In this document: in pieces, positions 51,555-64,000 of the stretch
How positions within the stretch are numbered: position 1 is the first letter of the stretch
Layout of the letters: each line of letters starts with the position of its first letter
Assembly (NCBI GenBank): GCA_951406725.2
Contig: OX597821.1
Coordinates: 65,286,001-65,350,000, forward strand
Direction: 5' to 3'
Length of the DNA stretch: 64,000 nucleotides
DNA from: Octopus vulgaris
Taxonomy: Eukaryota
Notes under the pieces: generated by a model
What the model was told of the DNA's origin: nothing
Seen by the model: only the letters and a program-made list of their open reading frames with translations
Databases searched by the model: none
Program-made: the position numbers and the translations under genes

Positions 51555-52405
51555 GATTTCAAATATTGTCACAAGGCCAACAATTTTGTGTGCGTTGATT
51601 AGCCGATTACATCGAACCCAGTGCTCAACTGATACTTGTTTTATCGACCTCGAAAGAATTAAATGCAGAGTCGCTCCTGGCGAGATTTGATCTCGGGACG
51701 TAAATACAAGCGAAATGCCGCTAAGCATTTTTCCCGGAGTGTTAACGATCCAGCCAGCTCATTGCCTTAGTAATAATAGTTTCATACTGTTGTACAAGGC
51801 CAGCAATTTCGGGGGAGGGGTTAAATCGATTACATCGACCTCAGTGTTCAAATGGTACTTAGTTTATCGACCCCGAAGGAATAAATGCAAAGTCGGTCTC
51901 GGCGGAATTTGAGCTCAGGATTTTGCCTGGAGTCCTAACGAGCTGACTGAATCCTAACGATTCAGTCAGCTCACCGTCTACGTAGTAATAATTTCTAATT
52001 TTAGCACAAGACCAGCAATTAGTGTGGGTTAGTGTGAAAGTCTAATAAATCAACACTTGTGTTTAACTTGTACTTAATTTATCGACCCCGAAAGGATAAA
52101 AGGCGAAGTCGATCCCAGCGCCGAAACGTGAAGTCGGACGAAATGCCGCTAAGCATTCTTGCCCAGCGTCCTAATGATTCTGCCAGTTCACCGACTACGC
52201 AGTAATAATTTCTAATTTTAGCACAAGGCCAGCAATTTCGGGCTAGTGTGAAAGTCTAATAAATTAACCACCGAGTTTTACTTGTACTTAATTTATTGAC
52301 CCCGAAAGGATGAAAGGCAAAGTCGATCCCGGCGCCGAAACGTAGAGTCGGACGAAATGCCACTAAGCATTTTTTGCCCAACGTATTAACGATTCCTGCT
52401 AGATC
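51555..52405 (-). mobile_element. Tandem array of ~4 diverged SINE B units
   Basis: Repeated CACAAGGCCAGCAATT..TTTATCGACCCCGAAAGGAT..CGAAATGCCGCTAAGCATT. The last two units share private changes, indicating a local duplication of ~218 bp. Confidence 0.82.
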
Positions 52406-52888
52406 GCTGCCTTGGTAGTAATAATAATAACAACAATGAAAACAATCCTTGAAATATCAGGAAAAACACAAAAAGACATTAGAACATGCAAGACTAAGAT
52501 TAAAACAATAATTACATAAAAAACAAGGACAACAACAATAAAAGTAACACCCTCCCAAAACGATAGCAACAACACCAACATCACACCTAAGTACCTTTAA
52601 TCTCACAGTTTGATGTCGCCAAGAGGACGTGGTACAGTCGCTTGGCTGAAAAGAAGATAGGATCCGGTGATGTCTCAAGTTCCTTTCGTCTCGTGCTATA
52701 TCGAAACCTGATCTGAAGCTTGTGACACGTCGTTTTTGTTGCAACAAGTAAATATGTAAACAAACAATCTAAATAAATAAATAAATAAACAAGTCTGTCC
52801 CCTAAAAAACATAAAATAAAGATGAAAATGTTAAAGTACATACGGAAAAGAACCGGAATCGATCTTCGAAATGTGAGACATAAAAATC

Positions 52889-52946
<58 letters not shown>

Positions 52947-53345
52947 AATATATATATGTGTGCGTGTATATATATATATATGTATACACACATATAAATA
53001 TATATATTTATTCATATGTATATACAAACATATATATACATATATATACATATATATTTATTCATATGTATACATAAACATATATAAACACATAAACATA
53101 TATATATATACATATATATTTCTTGTTTGGATTTATATATATATATATATACAAACATACATATACACGTGTGGAAAATAGTGAACACTGGAAGAATATT
53201 TTCTTTGAACGTCCGGGTAGGACCGCGTGTGTATCGTTGGCGATTTCTTTCCTCGTCTTCCTTTTTTAGACTGATTTTCGAAATCAGTAAATGTATTTAC
53301 TTGAAAATCCTTATATATATCTTGCATAGTTGGTCGTTCATCGAG

Positions 53346-53418
53346 AAGCGATGCCTACCACACGTTGATAATAGGCAAAACACCTTGAAACCTAGGTCCG
53401 TGTGTGGTATCGGCTTCT
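53346..53418 (+). ncRNA. Decayed type I hammerhead motif
   Basis: CACACG-TTGATAA-TAGG..CCTT-GAAA-CCTAG-GTC-CGTGTG; the core has two substitutions relative to CTGATGA. Confidence 0.5.
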
Positions 53419-53565
53419 TGGTGAGTGATCTCCCTTTGCAAGATAGAGGGCGCCGTGATGGCGTCAGGCCTATCTGGTGACGTTGATGTTCGCCTGGGGC
53501 TAAATGCAACAGTGACACCCCCACCACCCTGCCCTGTCCCTAGCCATATTCGGTTGGCTAATATC

Positions 53566-53635
<70 letters not shown>

Positions 53636-53820
53636 TATTTATTTATTTATTGAGTTATATATTTTCTCTCTGCTCTACGAGATCAAATCCCGCTAAGGTT
53701 AACATTGCACTTCATTCTTCTCGGGGTCAATAAAGACGCACAAGTGTAAGGCGTTGGATTGCCCGAACTGTAATATCGTATTGTTTGACTATACGTTTAT
53801 CCTATTTTATCCCTGCCGCG

Positions 53821-53863
<43 letters not shown>

Positions 53864-54083
53864 CAGCAGCAGCAGCAGCTTTTATTTATGTATTAATTTA
53901 TAATATTACTTAGGAAAAGAAAGCAGTGTTCCTGTTTCTTCTCAGGGTCATCAGGAATGTTAGAAGCGAGAGATTGGGGGACGGTGTCATCAGACTGCTG
54001 ACCATGCCCACTTTCCTAAATGCTTGCAAAACACTCTGATGAAGGCAGTTGAAAGCACCAGCTGGTGGTGTATTCTGGGTGAC

Positions 54084-54122
54084 TTACTACTACTACTACT
54101 ACTACTACTGATACTACTACTA

Positions 54123-54185
<63 letters not shown>

Positions 54186-54188
54186 TTG

Positions 54189-54236
<48 letters not shown>

Positions 54237-54422
54237 GCTACTGCTGCTGCTGCTATTACTACTACTACTACTACTACTACTATTGATACTACTACTACTA
54301 CTACTACTGCTACTGCTGCTGCTACTATTACTACTACTACTACTACTACTACTACCATTACTAGCAGTACTACTGCTATTACTGCGGCTACTTGTTGTAG
54401 TAGTAGTAGTAGTAGTAGTAGT
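54084..54422. repeat. (TAC)/(TGC)/(TAG) trinucleotide field
   Basis: Direct reading. Confidence 0.95.
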
Positions 54423-54924
54423 ATACAAAACCAGCTTAAGCCTAGCCCCTTCACTGGGAGGTGGTGTGGTCGATGGGTAATATGAGACGCATTTTAGATT
54501 TACTGGGAAGGTAACTCGTAGAGGGAGTTAACGCGTGACCTCTTTTAAGCCGTCGAGATTCCAAGCCTGAGAAATTCAATAACCATTTCTAAACGTTTAC
54601 ACAGGACCACGCGCCAGCGAGTCGGTACGTGAATTGGGTGGGTATAGGTGATTGTTATTCATGAATAAGTATCAGTTCTTGACCGATGCTTAACTGGCAA
54701 AGCCAAAGTTAGTGCCGTTGTTTTCGAAACTGTTTTCGCGTCCGTCGCCGCCGCCATTGCTACTGTTGTTCTGTTAGCTTCCATTCGTCCTTCATGAAGC
54801 CGATCTTTATCAGAGGTATATTCCGTACGTGAGCATTTCGTACTCTTAGGAGGCTTCCAGGGCGTGAATTTTCTTTCTAACGCTACCAGTTAAGCACTGC
54901 TCATGAATCACGACATCAGTACGT

Positions 54925-55300
54925 TGTACCAAGTGGAGCAACGATCCCAGAATCAAATACGGTGCGAGATCTTGGAACAGAAATTAGCATCAATGCCTCA
55001 TTTCAAACACATATCAACAAAATGGTAGCAGTATCCAGAAGACAGGCTGGTTGAATTCTGAGAACCTTCCGGACAAGGAACCAAGAAACTACGATGACAC
55101 TATTGAAGTCATTTATCCTCAGCCGCCTGGGCTACTGCTCTCAGCTATGGTCGCCTTATACTACAAGGACGATAGCAGAGCTTGAAGCAGTCCAACGACA
55201 TTACACAAAGAAAGTTGCTTCAATGGAACGATTGGGTTACTGGGACAGGTTGAAAGAGCTGCGACTCTATTCTCTGGAACAAAGGCAGGAGAGGTATGCA

Positions 55301-55361
<61 letters not shown>

Positions 55362-55775
55362 AAGATACTGGAAGGACTGGTACCAAACTTTGGAATAAAG
55401 AGCTATACCAGACCACGAACAGGACGTCACTGTGCTGTCCCCATTGTGCCGACTGCTTCATCTCGGGCAATGACGATGTACTGCAATAGCTTGGGTTTCA
55501 AGGGCCCACAACTGTTTAACTGTCTGCCGAAGCATCTGAGGAGCCTCCATGGAGTGGATGTAGACGTTTTCAAACGTGAACTTGATCTCTGGCTCGCTGA
55601 GATCCCGGATGAGCCAATATCTAAGCAAGAAACTCCAAAGAGGAAAGTAGCATCGAACTCCATTCTTCACAGAAGCCGCTCCGACAAAGGTGGAAAGTGG
55701 AAAGATGATTAAAATGCCGGTGTTCCAACATGGCCACAGTCATTGGACTCATACATATAAGAGGATAAGCGAATA
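54925..55775 (+). mobile_element. CR1-group LINE 3' fragment
   Basis: ILRTFRTR..LKSFILSRLGYCSQLWSPY..LEAVQR..YWDRLKELRLYSLEQRQERY..WKILEG..GPQLFNCLP..FKRELD..IPDEP; a (TA)n expansion at 55304-55359 breaks the frame. Confidence 0.9.
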
Positions 55776-55777
55776 AG

Positions 55778-56327
55778 TGTTCCGGATCTCAGTTATGAAC
55801 TCATTTGCATACAACCAATCAGTGCTAATCTATCAAACTAATTTATGAGTGCATAACATGTGATAGGCGATAAGATAAGGTCACTTGCGTAAGGAACGAC
55901 GATGCTTCATTTCACTTTTAATAATGCTTATTATTCTCGTTCTTGTTTCAGCCATGGCTGCCTCTGTGTAGTTATTTGTGTTGTTTAACTTTGTAAAACA
56001 GTAAGGGGAGAGGGTTACTAGCAGATCACCTTCTGCCCACATTTTCCCCATCCATACATTTACTATACTGGGCCCTAATAAAGCCCGAAAATAGGTATTG
56101 TCTTTTTTTTTTAGTCTTTTAGTCTTTTACTTGTTTCAGTCATGTGGCTGTGGCCATGCTGGAGCACCGCCTTTTTAGTCGAGCAAATCGACCCTAGAAC
56201 TTATTCTTTGTAAGCCTAGTACTTATTCTATCGGTCTCATAGCCGAACCGCTAATTTACGAGGACGTAAACACACCAGCATCGGTTGTCAAGCGATGTGG
56301 GGGGGGGGGATAAAAATAGACGCACAA

Positions 56328-56358
<31 letters not shown>

Positions 56359-56815
56359 TGTACATATATACCACTGTCTTTCAGTTTCCGTCTACCAAAT
56401 CCACTCTCAAGGTTTTTGTCGTCCCGAAGCTATAGTAGAAGACATTTGCCCAAAGTGCCACGCAGTGGGACTGAACCCAGGACCATGTAGTTCGTAAGCA
56501 ACCTACTTACCACACAGCCACTCCTACGCCTATTTAAGTATAAATTAAAATATAAATTAAGGTATAGCTGCAAATCTATCTAATTACTTGTCTCCTTCTA
56601 AAATCAAGAATGACTTGGCGTTCGGTCGACTTACAACACCGTTTTCATCTTGAGTTTATTTTATAGAGTGTGTCTAACCAAGAGATTGGTTGTTTTTAAC
56701 ACATTCATGAATGTTACGGTGGGCTTTGCGTCAAGGCATAATCTGAGAGCTGAACGGCACCTTTCCTTTCACACACTTTTCAAACCACCCTTCGACGGTC
56801 TGCCAGCACCAGCCA
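55778..56815. mobile_element. Octamer/CCAAT MITE family copy with a nested SINE A (56110-56531, minus)
   Basis: Reverse-complement similarity to 50400-50870; shares GGCATAATCTGAGAGCTGAACGGCACC with 8010-8040. Confidence 0.75.
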
Positions 56816-56884
56816 TCTTTCTCCTGGATGCTGCAGTTGGTTGCATGTCTATTGTCTTCATACTGACTAAAGATTTTCGTCTAG

Positions 56885-57300
56885 TCTTTTACTCTTTTTT
56901 TTACTTGTTTCAGTCGTTTGACTGCGGCCATGCTGGAGCACCGCCTTTAGTCGAGCAAATGGACCCCAGGACTTATTCTTTGTAAGCCTAGTACTTATTC
57001 TATCGGTCTCTTTTGGCGAAAGTTACGGGGACACAAACACACCAGCATCGGTTGTCAATTGATGTTGAGGGACAAACTCAGACACACAAACATATACACA
57101 CATAGACACACACACACATACATATATACATATATACGACGGGCTTCTTTCAGTTTCCGCCTACCAAATACACTCACAAGGCTTTGGTCGGCCCGAGGCT
57201 ATAGTAGAAGACACTTACCCACGGTGCCACGAAGTTGGACTGAACCCGGAACCATGTGGTTGGTAAGCATGCTACTTACCACACAGCCACTCCTGCGCCT
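56885..57300 (-). mobile_element. SINE family A
   Basis: Full-length family A motifs. Confidence 0.92.
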
Positions 57301-57536
57301 ATTTCTTAAAAAAAAAATAATTCGCAAACCGCCATTCGTGATATATCTCCAGTCTTGTGACGATGAAGTCGACCAGCTGGATTTCATTATAAGCCTTTGT
57401 CCTTTCGAGGGTCTGATCCTTCACTATCCACGTGGCTGTCTCTGCTTAGTTGTTTGTGATGTTGTTACGAACATTCAGGTCAACACGATAACACACTGCC
57501 CACGATGTCTTTTTGCCAGTTGCTATCGTCTGCAAT

Positions 57537-57929
57537 TGTGGAGGTGCAATAGCCCAGTGGTTAGGGCAGCGGACTCGCGGTCGTAGGATCGCGGTTTCGA
57601 TTCCCAGACCGGGTGTTGTGAGTGTTTATTGAGCGAAAACACCTAAAGCTCCACGAGGCTCCGGCAGGGGATGGTGGTGATCCCTGCTGTACTCTTTCAC
57701 CACAAACTTTCTCTCACTCTTTCTTCTGTTTCTGTTGTACCTGTATTTCAAAGGGCCGGCCTTGTCACTCTCTGTGTCACGCTGAATATCCCCGAGAACT
57801 ACGTTAAGGGTACACGTGTCTGTGGAGTGCTCAGCCACTTACACGTTAATTTCACGAGCAGGCTGTTCCGTTGATTCGGATCAACCGGAACCCTCATCGT
57901 CGTAACCGACGGAGCGCTTTCATTCATCC
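57537..57929 (+). mobile_element. tRNA-derived SINE, family C, full length
   Basis: A box TAGCCCAGTGGTTAGG, B box GGTTTCGATTCCC. 12-bp TSD ATCGTCTGCAAT at 57525-57536 and 57930-57941. Confidence 0.92.
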
Positions 57930-58257
57930 ATCGTCTGCAATAATATTGCGGGACGGTATACCCAATGAAATCGACTCAGTCCTTAACTGGTACTTTTAAT
58001 TCCAACGATTTTATCGATAAGAGATCAAAACTGCAATCATTATCGTGATTAGGATTGTTTATTGCCGAAATATCAAAACAGTTTTGTTTCCATTCTGTTT
58101 CTAATACACTTTGTAGTATTTTAACTCTATTGTTAACTCTATTTCACAAGGCTTCAAAGAAACATTACCCCAATACAAAAACATACCCACGAACACACAC
58201 GCAGGCAGATACACACATACACACACACACTCCCTCTCTCTCTCTCTCTCTCTCTCC

Positions 58258-58315
<58 letters not shown>

Positions 58316-60883
58316 ACACATATACACATTCACACGCCTATTTTATTCTGTAGTACGTTAGAGAATAACAAATGGCCATTGCCAACGCGTCAAAAACCTC
58401 TCTCTTCCTCTCTCTGTCTCTCTCTCTCTATACACACACTTGCGCACGCGCATGTACGTACGTGTGTATGCATGTAGGTATGTATGTATGTACGTTATGT
58501 ATCTATAAATATATCAACAAATTTGTAGACAAATATACATATACACGATAGTTGAATGCATTAAAGACTAAATATGTATGATTTCATTAAGTTCGGAGCG
58601 GTTCAATATAATTATGTTTATATATATATGTATGTGTGTGTGTGGGGGGGGTGCGTGCGTCTGAGTATGTTTGCGTATGTATGTATTTATTTCCCTATTC
58701 AGTGGTATACTCTGCTGCAATAAACTTTACCCAAAGTTGTCGAGTCATGTTCAGTTTAACATTCCAGTCCCATATCCCTGTTGCGATAACCATAACAATA
58801 TTATCGAGTAGGGATAGGCCAGACTGTTATAAATATGAATCCCGCAATGCCGGACAGCTACTGCATGAGGTGGAAATGTTCTACAAATATTTATATTTTG
58901 AAATGTCGACGGACGAGGATACCATTACGTTAGAGATTCTCTAATGTAACTACTTCAAACATCCGTATTTAATGCACTCAACATTTGAATTGGTGGGTAT
59001 TCGATATACAAGTCCGTGTGCGCATGTGTTTGTGTTTGTGTGCTATCCTGGTAATGGTGGTGGTGGTGGTGGTTGTGATGGTGGTGGTGGTGGTGGTGGT
59101 GCTGGTAGTGGGGTGTGTGTGTGTTATCTAAGGCTTCGTAGCTGTTCAGATTTAATGCTATGACCTTCGCTGTAAAACCGATAAATTCCAACCCACGTGA
59201 CATTAATTAAATACACTAATTAATTATGCAACCTCACCGTGAACAGAAAAAGTGATATCAGATGGACCATTTTAAACCTCGAATAAACTTTCATAAATTA
59301 ATCCTAACACTAGACAGTGATATTCTATAATAATATCAGTGAGGACTTTACTAAACCGATTTGCATACATAGCGCTGCTCGTTACAATCATTGAATAATG
59401 CTTTATTTATGTTATAATCTCTTACGGAATAATGTTTTACAATACACACATTATCATTACAGAAGTTACTTACAAGATCCCAAGGTGGACTGAAGCCGTT
59501 TCAGCTGAGCCATTCGTTTCCCTCCCCGTTGAAATTGTATAAAATTATGTTCGTTCAGGATTCTCCTGTCTACTTATTTCGGATTAATTTATAACACTCT
59601 CTACGGGTTGAAAGTTATAAGTGTATTCTGTGGTACATCATAGTGTACACCGACACACTTCTACCCCCACCCCCCACACACAAACATTCACATGTACACA
59701 AGCACAGACACACACACATTAACAAGCAGATTTACGCAGAAAAATACATACATGCATCCCAATCAACAACTCTGGTATTCATAACAGTATACGTACAAGT
59801 ATGCAAGCATGCATACATACGTAGAAGTTAAATAAAATGAAGCAACAAAGCCAAAGCAGTGTGAAATTTCTAGGATATTTTATAAAGAGAAGGGTAATCT
59901 TACAGCTGTTTCAGGGATATAAAGGATATATATCGTCAAAGACAATATGACAGTTATGATAGTGAGATTTAAATATAAGAAATTATCTTGGAAAGCGAGA
60001 GGTATACGAAGTATAAAGGGAAATATAAGAATAAAAAATAAAGCTATACGTTGGATGTTGTCTCATTTAAATTAACTTATACACGCTCACATACGACCCG
60101 TCTTAGACACCTCACTGACGCTATTATCAAACCGGGAGTCTAACAGCAGTCCTTCCGTAGCACTTACATAGCCTTACATGCCTTTTCGATCTCCTGGATA
60201 CTAAAACCTCTCATATGCATATGTGAGTGTTTGTGTTTGTGTGTGTGTGTGTGTGTGTGAGTACGTATGTATATATTATATACACATATATACATATATA
60301 TGTGTGTGTGTGTATGTATATATATATATATGAATGTATTCACATATATACATATGTATTTATATATATATATATATGTGTGTGTGTGTATGTGTGTGTG
60401 CGTGTGAATCGAGTTTACTTGCATTCAATTGAAACGCATACACATGTACACATTAATAAGTATATTTACACAGAAAAATAAGTCCACCCATATTAGTAAT
60501 GTTGGTAAGCACATCAGTACACACACACACACACACACACACACTTAAACACATGCACACTTAGGCATATTAGCACATGCATTCACATACGCTTGTGCAC
60601 AGACGCATTTATATGTATACACAATAGAAAAATGAGAACGCAATACTAATTCGGTTACTTAAAAGCAAACAGACGCTTACTCACGTGCAACAATAGTCCA
60701 CATACAAACAAACGTAAAATATTCTGACGAAAGTATTGAATTAAATGCACAGATATACATTTATAAATAATATCATAACCATACGTATGTACATTCAAAA
60801 TGAATATCTTCATGCTCATACACATTCGGTAGACATCAGAATACAACGATACACACACGCACATATATATATGTATGTATGTA

Positions 60884-60926
<43 letters not shown>

Positions 60927-61484
60927 ATTGAGATAATCACATTCACACAAATATATTTTGACGAAAGTGCGTCCATCCACAACGACATAACGGGAAACAC
61001 ACCACTAAATATACATAAAATGTGTCCGTATATTATCGGATATATACGAATATATATATATATATATGCATATATGTGTATGTTTGTATACATATACATA
61101 CATACAAATATATATATATATACATATAAGGATATACATATATATTATACAATATAACATATATTGTTTATTTGTGAATTATATATATATATATAATAGA
61201 TATAATATATGGCACACACACACACACTCACGCATATATATATATGTATATATAACATATATATATGCATATGTGTATATAACACACACACACAATCACA
61301 CACACACATATATATATATATACACTATACATATACTATATATTATTTACAGTCTATTTTATATATATATATAAATATATATATTCTTTTTTTGTGAATT
61401 ATATATATATACTTATATATGCATATAATAGATATATGATATATATATATTTAAATACACACACAGACACACACACACACACAC

Positions 61485-61555
<71 letters not shown>

Positions 61556-62378
61556 TGTGTATAGGTGTGTGTGTATGTTTGTATGCATGAATATATTAAA
61601 CGAATGTATTTACAAATAAACACACCTATATAGAGACATATGTACAGATAGAAATTCATACAATCCTATAGATACCAATCACAATTTCCTTTTTATACGC
61701 AGTGATGTCTTCCATATTAGTTAAGGACGATTTAATTTGTAACGCTTCTATTAAATTGTTTACGACTCCGACGAAGGCTATTGCTGATAAACTTTACATT
61801 TGCTTCCTAAATATATAATATATTTAGCCGCTACGAACTTAATGAAATCATACATATTTGGTTATTTGATGCAGTCAACCAACTATCGATTGATCTCTAG
61901 CATAAGATTCCTTGTGTTTAATGTGATCAATGCTGTTAAGAGGGGTGTATGGATGTACCTTTGTGTGTGTGGGGGGGGAGGAGGTGAATGTCTGTGTGTG
62001 TGTCAGTGTGTGTGTGCGCGTGGGTAATGTTTAGCCGCACGGATAGAACGCTGGATTACAATGTTTCCCCATATGCCGTTTGATCTCTGCTTAAAAATTG
62101 TCCGATTGACTTGTATGCCGAATGCTCTGGCATAAACCATGAATGTCAGACTCGTTGTTTTCATTTTCTTAAATTTGGATTTAGTTGTTGTCACTGCTGT
62201 TGTTGTTTTTGGTGATCCCAGGTCACACACACGTGTACACAAACATTGGGTGATTATAAAGGTTCGACCATCTCTCTCCCTCTACTTCCCACTCTCACTC
62301 TCTCTCTGTCTTTGTCTCTTTCTATATACATATACACATACATATGCACTTAGATATACATATGTGTGTGTGTGTGTA

Positions 62379-62537
62379 CTGTAAAACCCCGAGTATAATC
62401 CGCATTTTTCCCCCAAAATTTAAAGGTCAAAATCCCTAGTGCGTACTATATACGAGGTTAAAAATGAAAAAATATTTTCTAAACAATATCCGAGTCTCTA
62501 TTTGCTCTCCGGCAATGTTTATTCAGACGCACTTTGT
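62379..62537 (-). mobile_element. One end of the pogo-like MITE family, truncated
   Basis: Reverse complement of about 45530-45668; stops at the 70-bp array. Confidence 0.85.
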
Positions 62538-62934
62538 GAGATCTGAACGTCATTGCGCTGACTGTGACCAGGGTGCGAGGGACAGTCACCCCAAAGGCGA
62601 TCAGATCGAGATCTGAACGTCGTAGGGTTGGCTGTGGGTAGGGTGCGTGGAACAGTCACCCCAACGGCGATCAGATCGAGATCTGAACGTCGTAGGGTTG
62701 GCTGTTGCCAGGGTGCGTGGAACAGTCACCCCAACGGCGATCAGATCGAGATCTGATCGTCGTAGGGTTGGCTGTGGCCAGGGAGCAAGGGACAGTCACC
62801 CCAACGGCGATCAGATCGAGATCTGATCGTCGTAGGGTTGACTGTGGCCAGGGAGCGAGGGACAGTCACCCCAACGGCGATCAGATCGAGATCTGATCGT
62901 CGTAGGGTTGGCTGTAGCCAGGATGCGAGGGACA
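62538..62934 (-). repeat. 70-bp palindromic tandem repeat, ~5.7 units
   Basis: TCAGATCGAG at 62601, 62671, 62741, 62811 and 62881; reverse complement of the array at 6356. Confidence 0.96.
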
Positions 62935-63687
62935 ATTCGCGAGGTGTAGGGGTTGCTGCAGCAAGTATCGCCGGCCTTTCTCCACAACAACACCATCTCG
63001 GTCAAATCTGCAGTGTGCGGCTGAACACGCCATTTTATATTGGGTAAGCAGCCCGTTGCTCTCTCCCCCCTCCCCCTCTCTCTCTCTGTCCCTCCATCTT
63101 CTGCTGCTTAATCCCTCCCTTTTTTCACTTTTTCTGATACTTTGTTCTCTTGTAATTAAATTGTCACAAATAAAAGAAAATTTAATTACTTTCAAAATAA
63201 AAAATATAGACAACAATACATTAAAATGAAAGATAATTGGTTTTAAATGTTAAAGCTAACAGGCAGTTAACTGATGTGTAAAAGTTACTGTATATTTTAA
63301 TGTATTTCAAGTGGTAACTGATATTTTACGGTGTACATAGACCTGTTATTTGATCCGGTAATGTGGATAATTGTTCTTCCAAATAATGAGAATAGTCGCT
63401 CACCGGTGACTGATTTCTCTCAATAAATGTCTCCAACGAAATATACGTTTATTCCAATGTGGAACAAACATTCCACTGATTAATTGCTGGTAGGAACTTC
63501 GTATTTCATTTATCAACCATAATATATCAACAGGTATATTAAAGGTTCATAATTCAATACTGTATCCTATTTTATTTTCGTATTTTAAGTTTTAATCTTT
63601 GTGTTCGCGTTTACGTTCCGGTAACTTAAGCGTTTCGGCATAAGAAATCGGTAGAATAAATACCAGGATTTAAAAGAAAAAATTAAT

Positions 63688-64000
63688 GCGTAGGAGTGGC
63701 TGTATTGTAAGTAGCTTGCTTACCAATCACATGGTTCCGGGTTTATTCCTACTGCGTGGTACTTTTGGTAAGTGTCTTCTACAATAGCCTCGGGCCGACC
63801 AAAGCCTTGTGAGTGGATTTGGCAGACGGAAACTGAAAGAAGCCCGTCGTATATATGTATATATGTATATGTGTATATTTTTATGAGTCTGTGTTGGTCC
63901 CCCCAACATCGCTTGACAACTGATTGTGGTGTGTTTCCGTCCCCGTAACTTAGTGATTCGGCAAAACAGATCGGTAGAATAAGTACTAGGTTTACAAAGA
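63688..64000 (+). mobile_element. SINE family A, running off the window end
   Basis: GCGTAGGAGTGGCTG...AGAATAAGTACTAGG. Confidence 0.9.

Noticed and set aside
54031-54072. Hammerhead-like CTGATGA..GAAA with palindrome CACCAGCTGGTG
   Set aside because: Stem II is only 2 bp, and no valid NUH triplet is in register with stem I.
58955-59203. His-rich ORF or terminal exon
   Set aside because: The poly-His comes from a (GGT)n microsatellite, and no recognisable domain is present.
62538-62934. CRISPR-like array (palindromic repeat plus ~18-bp spacers)
   Set aside because: The linkers are variants of one sequence rather than unique spacers, there are no cas genes, and the context is eukaryotic.

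Overview
AT-rich eukaryotic non-coding DNA packed with repeats and microsatellites. From memory of the SINE families and the extreme (TA)n/(CA)n/(TATG)n load, I infer an octopus (coleoid cephalopod) genome; this was not verified by a search. I cannot support any host protein-coding gene, and nearly all ORFs in the track are microsatellite or SINE artefacts. The window holds several SINE families, a near-intact IR/DR-type Tc1 (DD34E) element, mariner/pogo/hAT/Merlin-or-MULE-like elements and MITEs, Helitrons, and fragments of RTE, CR1, R4/Dong and Penelope (GIY-YIG) retroelements. Three signals stand out. (1) Type I hammerhead ribozyme motifs sit inside short inverted-repeat elements: two intact-core copies on opposite strands at 36.6-36.9 kb, one at 35.2 kb, and several decayed ones. 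(2) A GC-rich 70-bp tandem repeat, each unit a ~52-bp palindrome, occurs at two loci 56 kb apart. (3) An R4/Dong-like element appears to target (TATG)n. Coordinates were read by eye; ends of old repeats are approximate.
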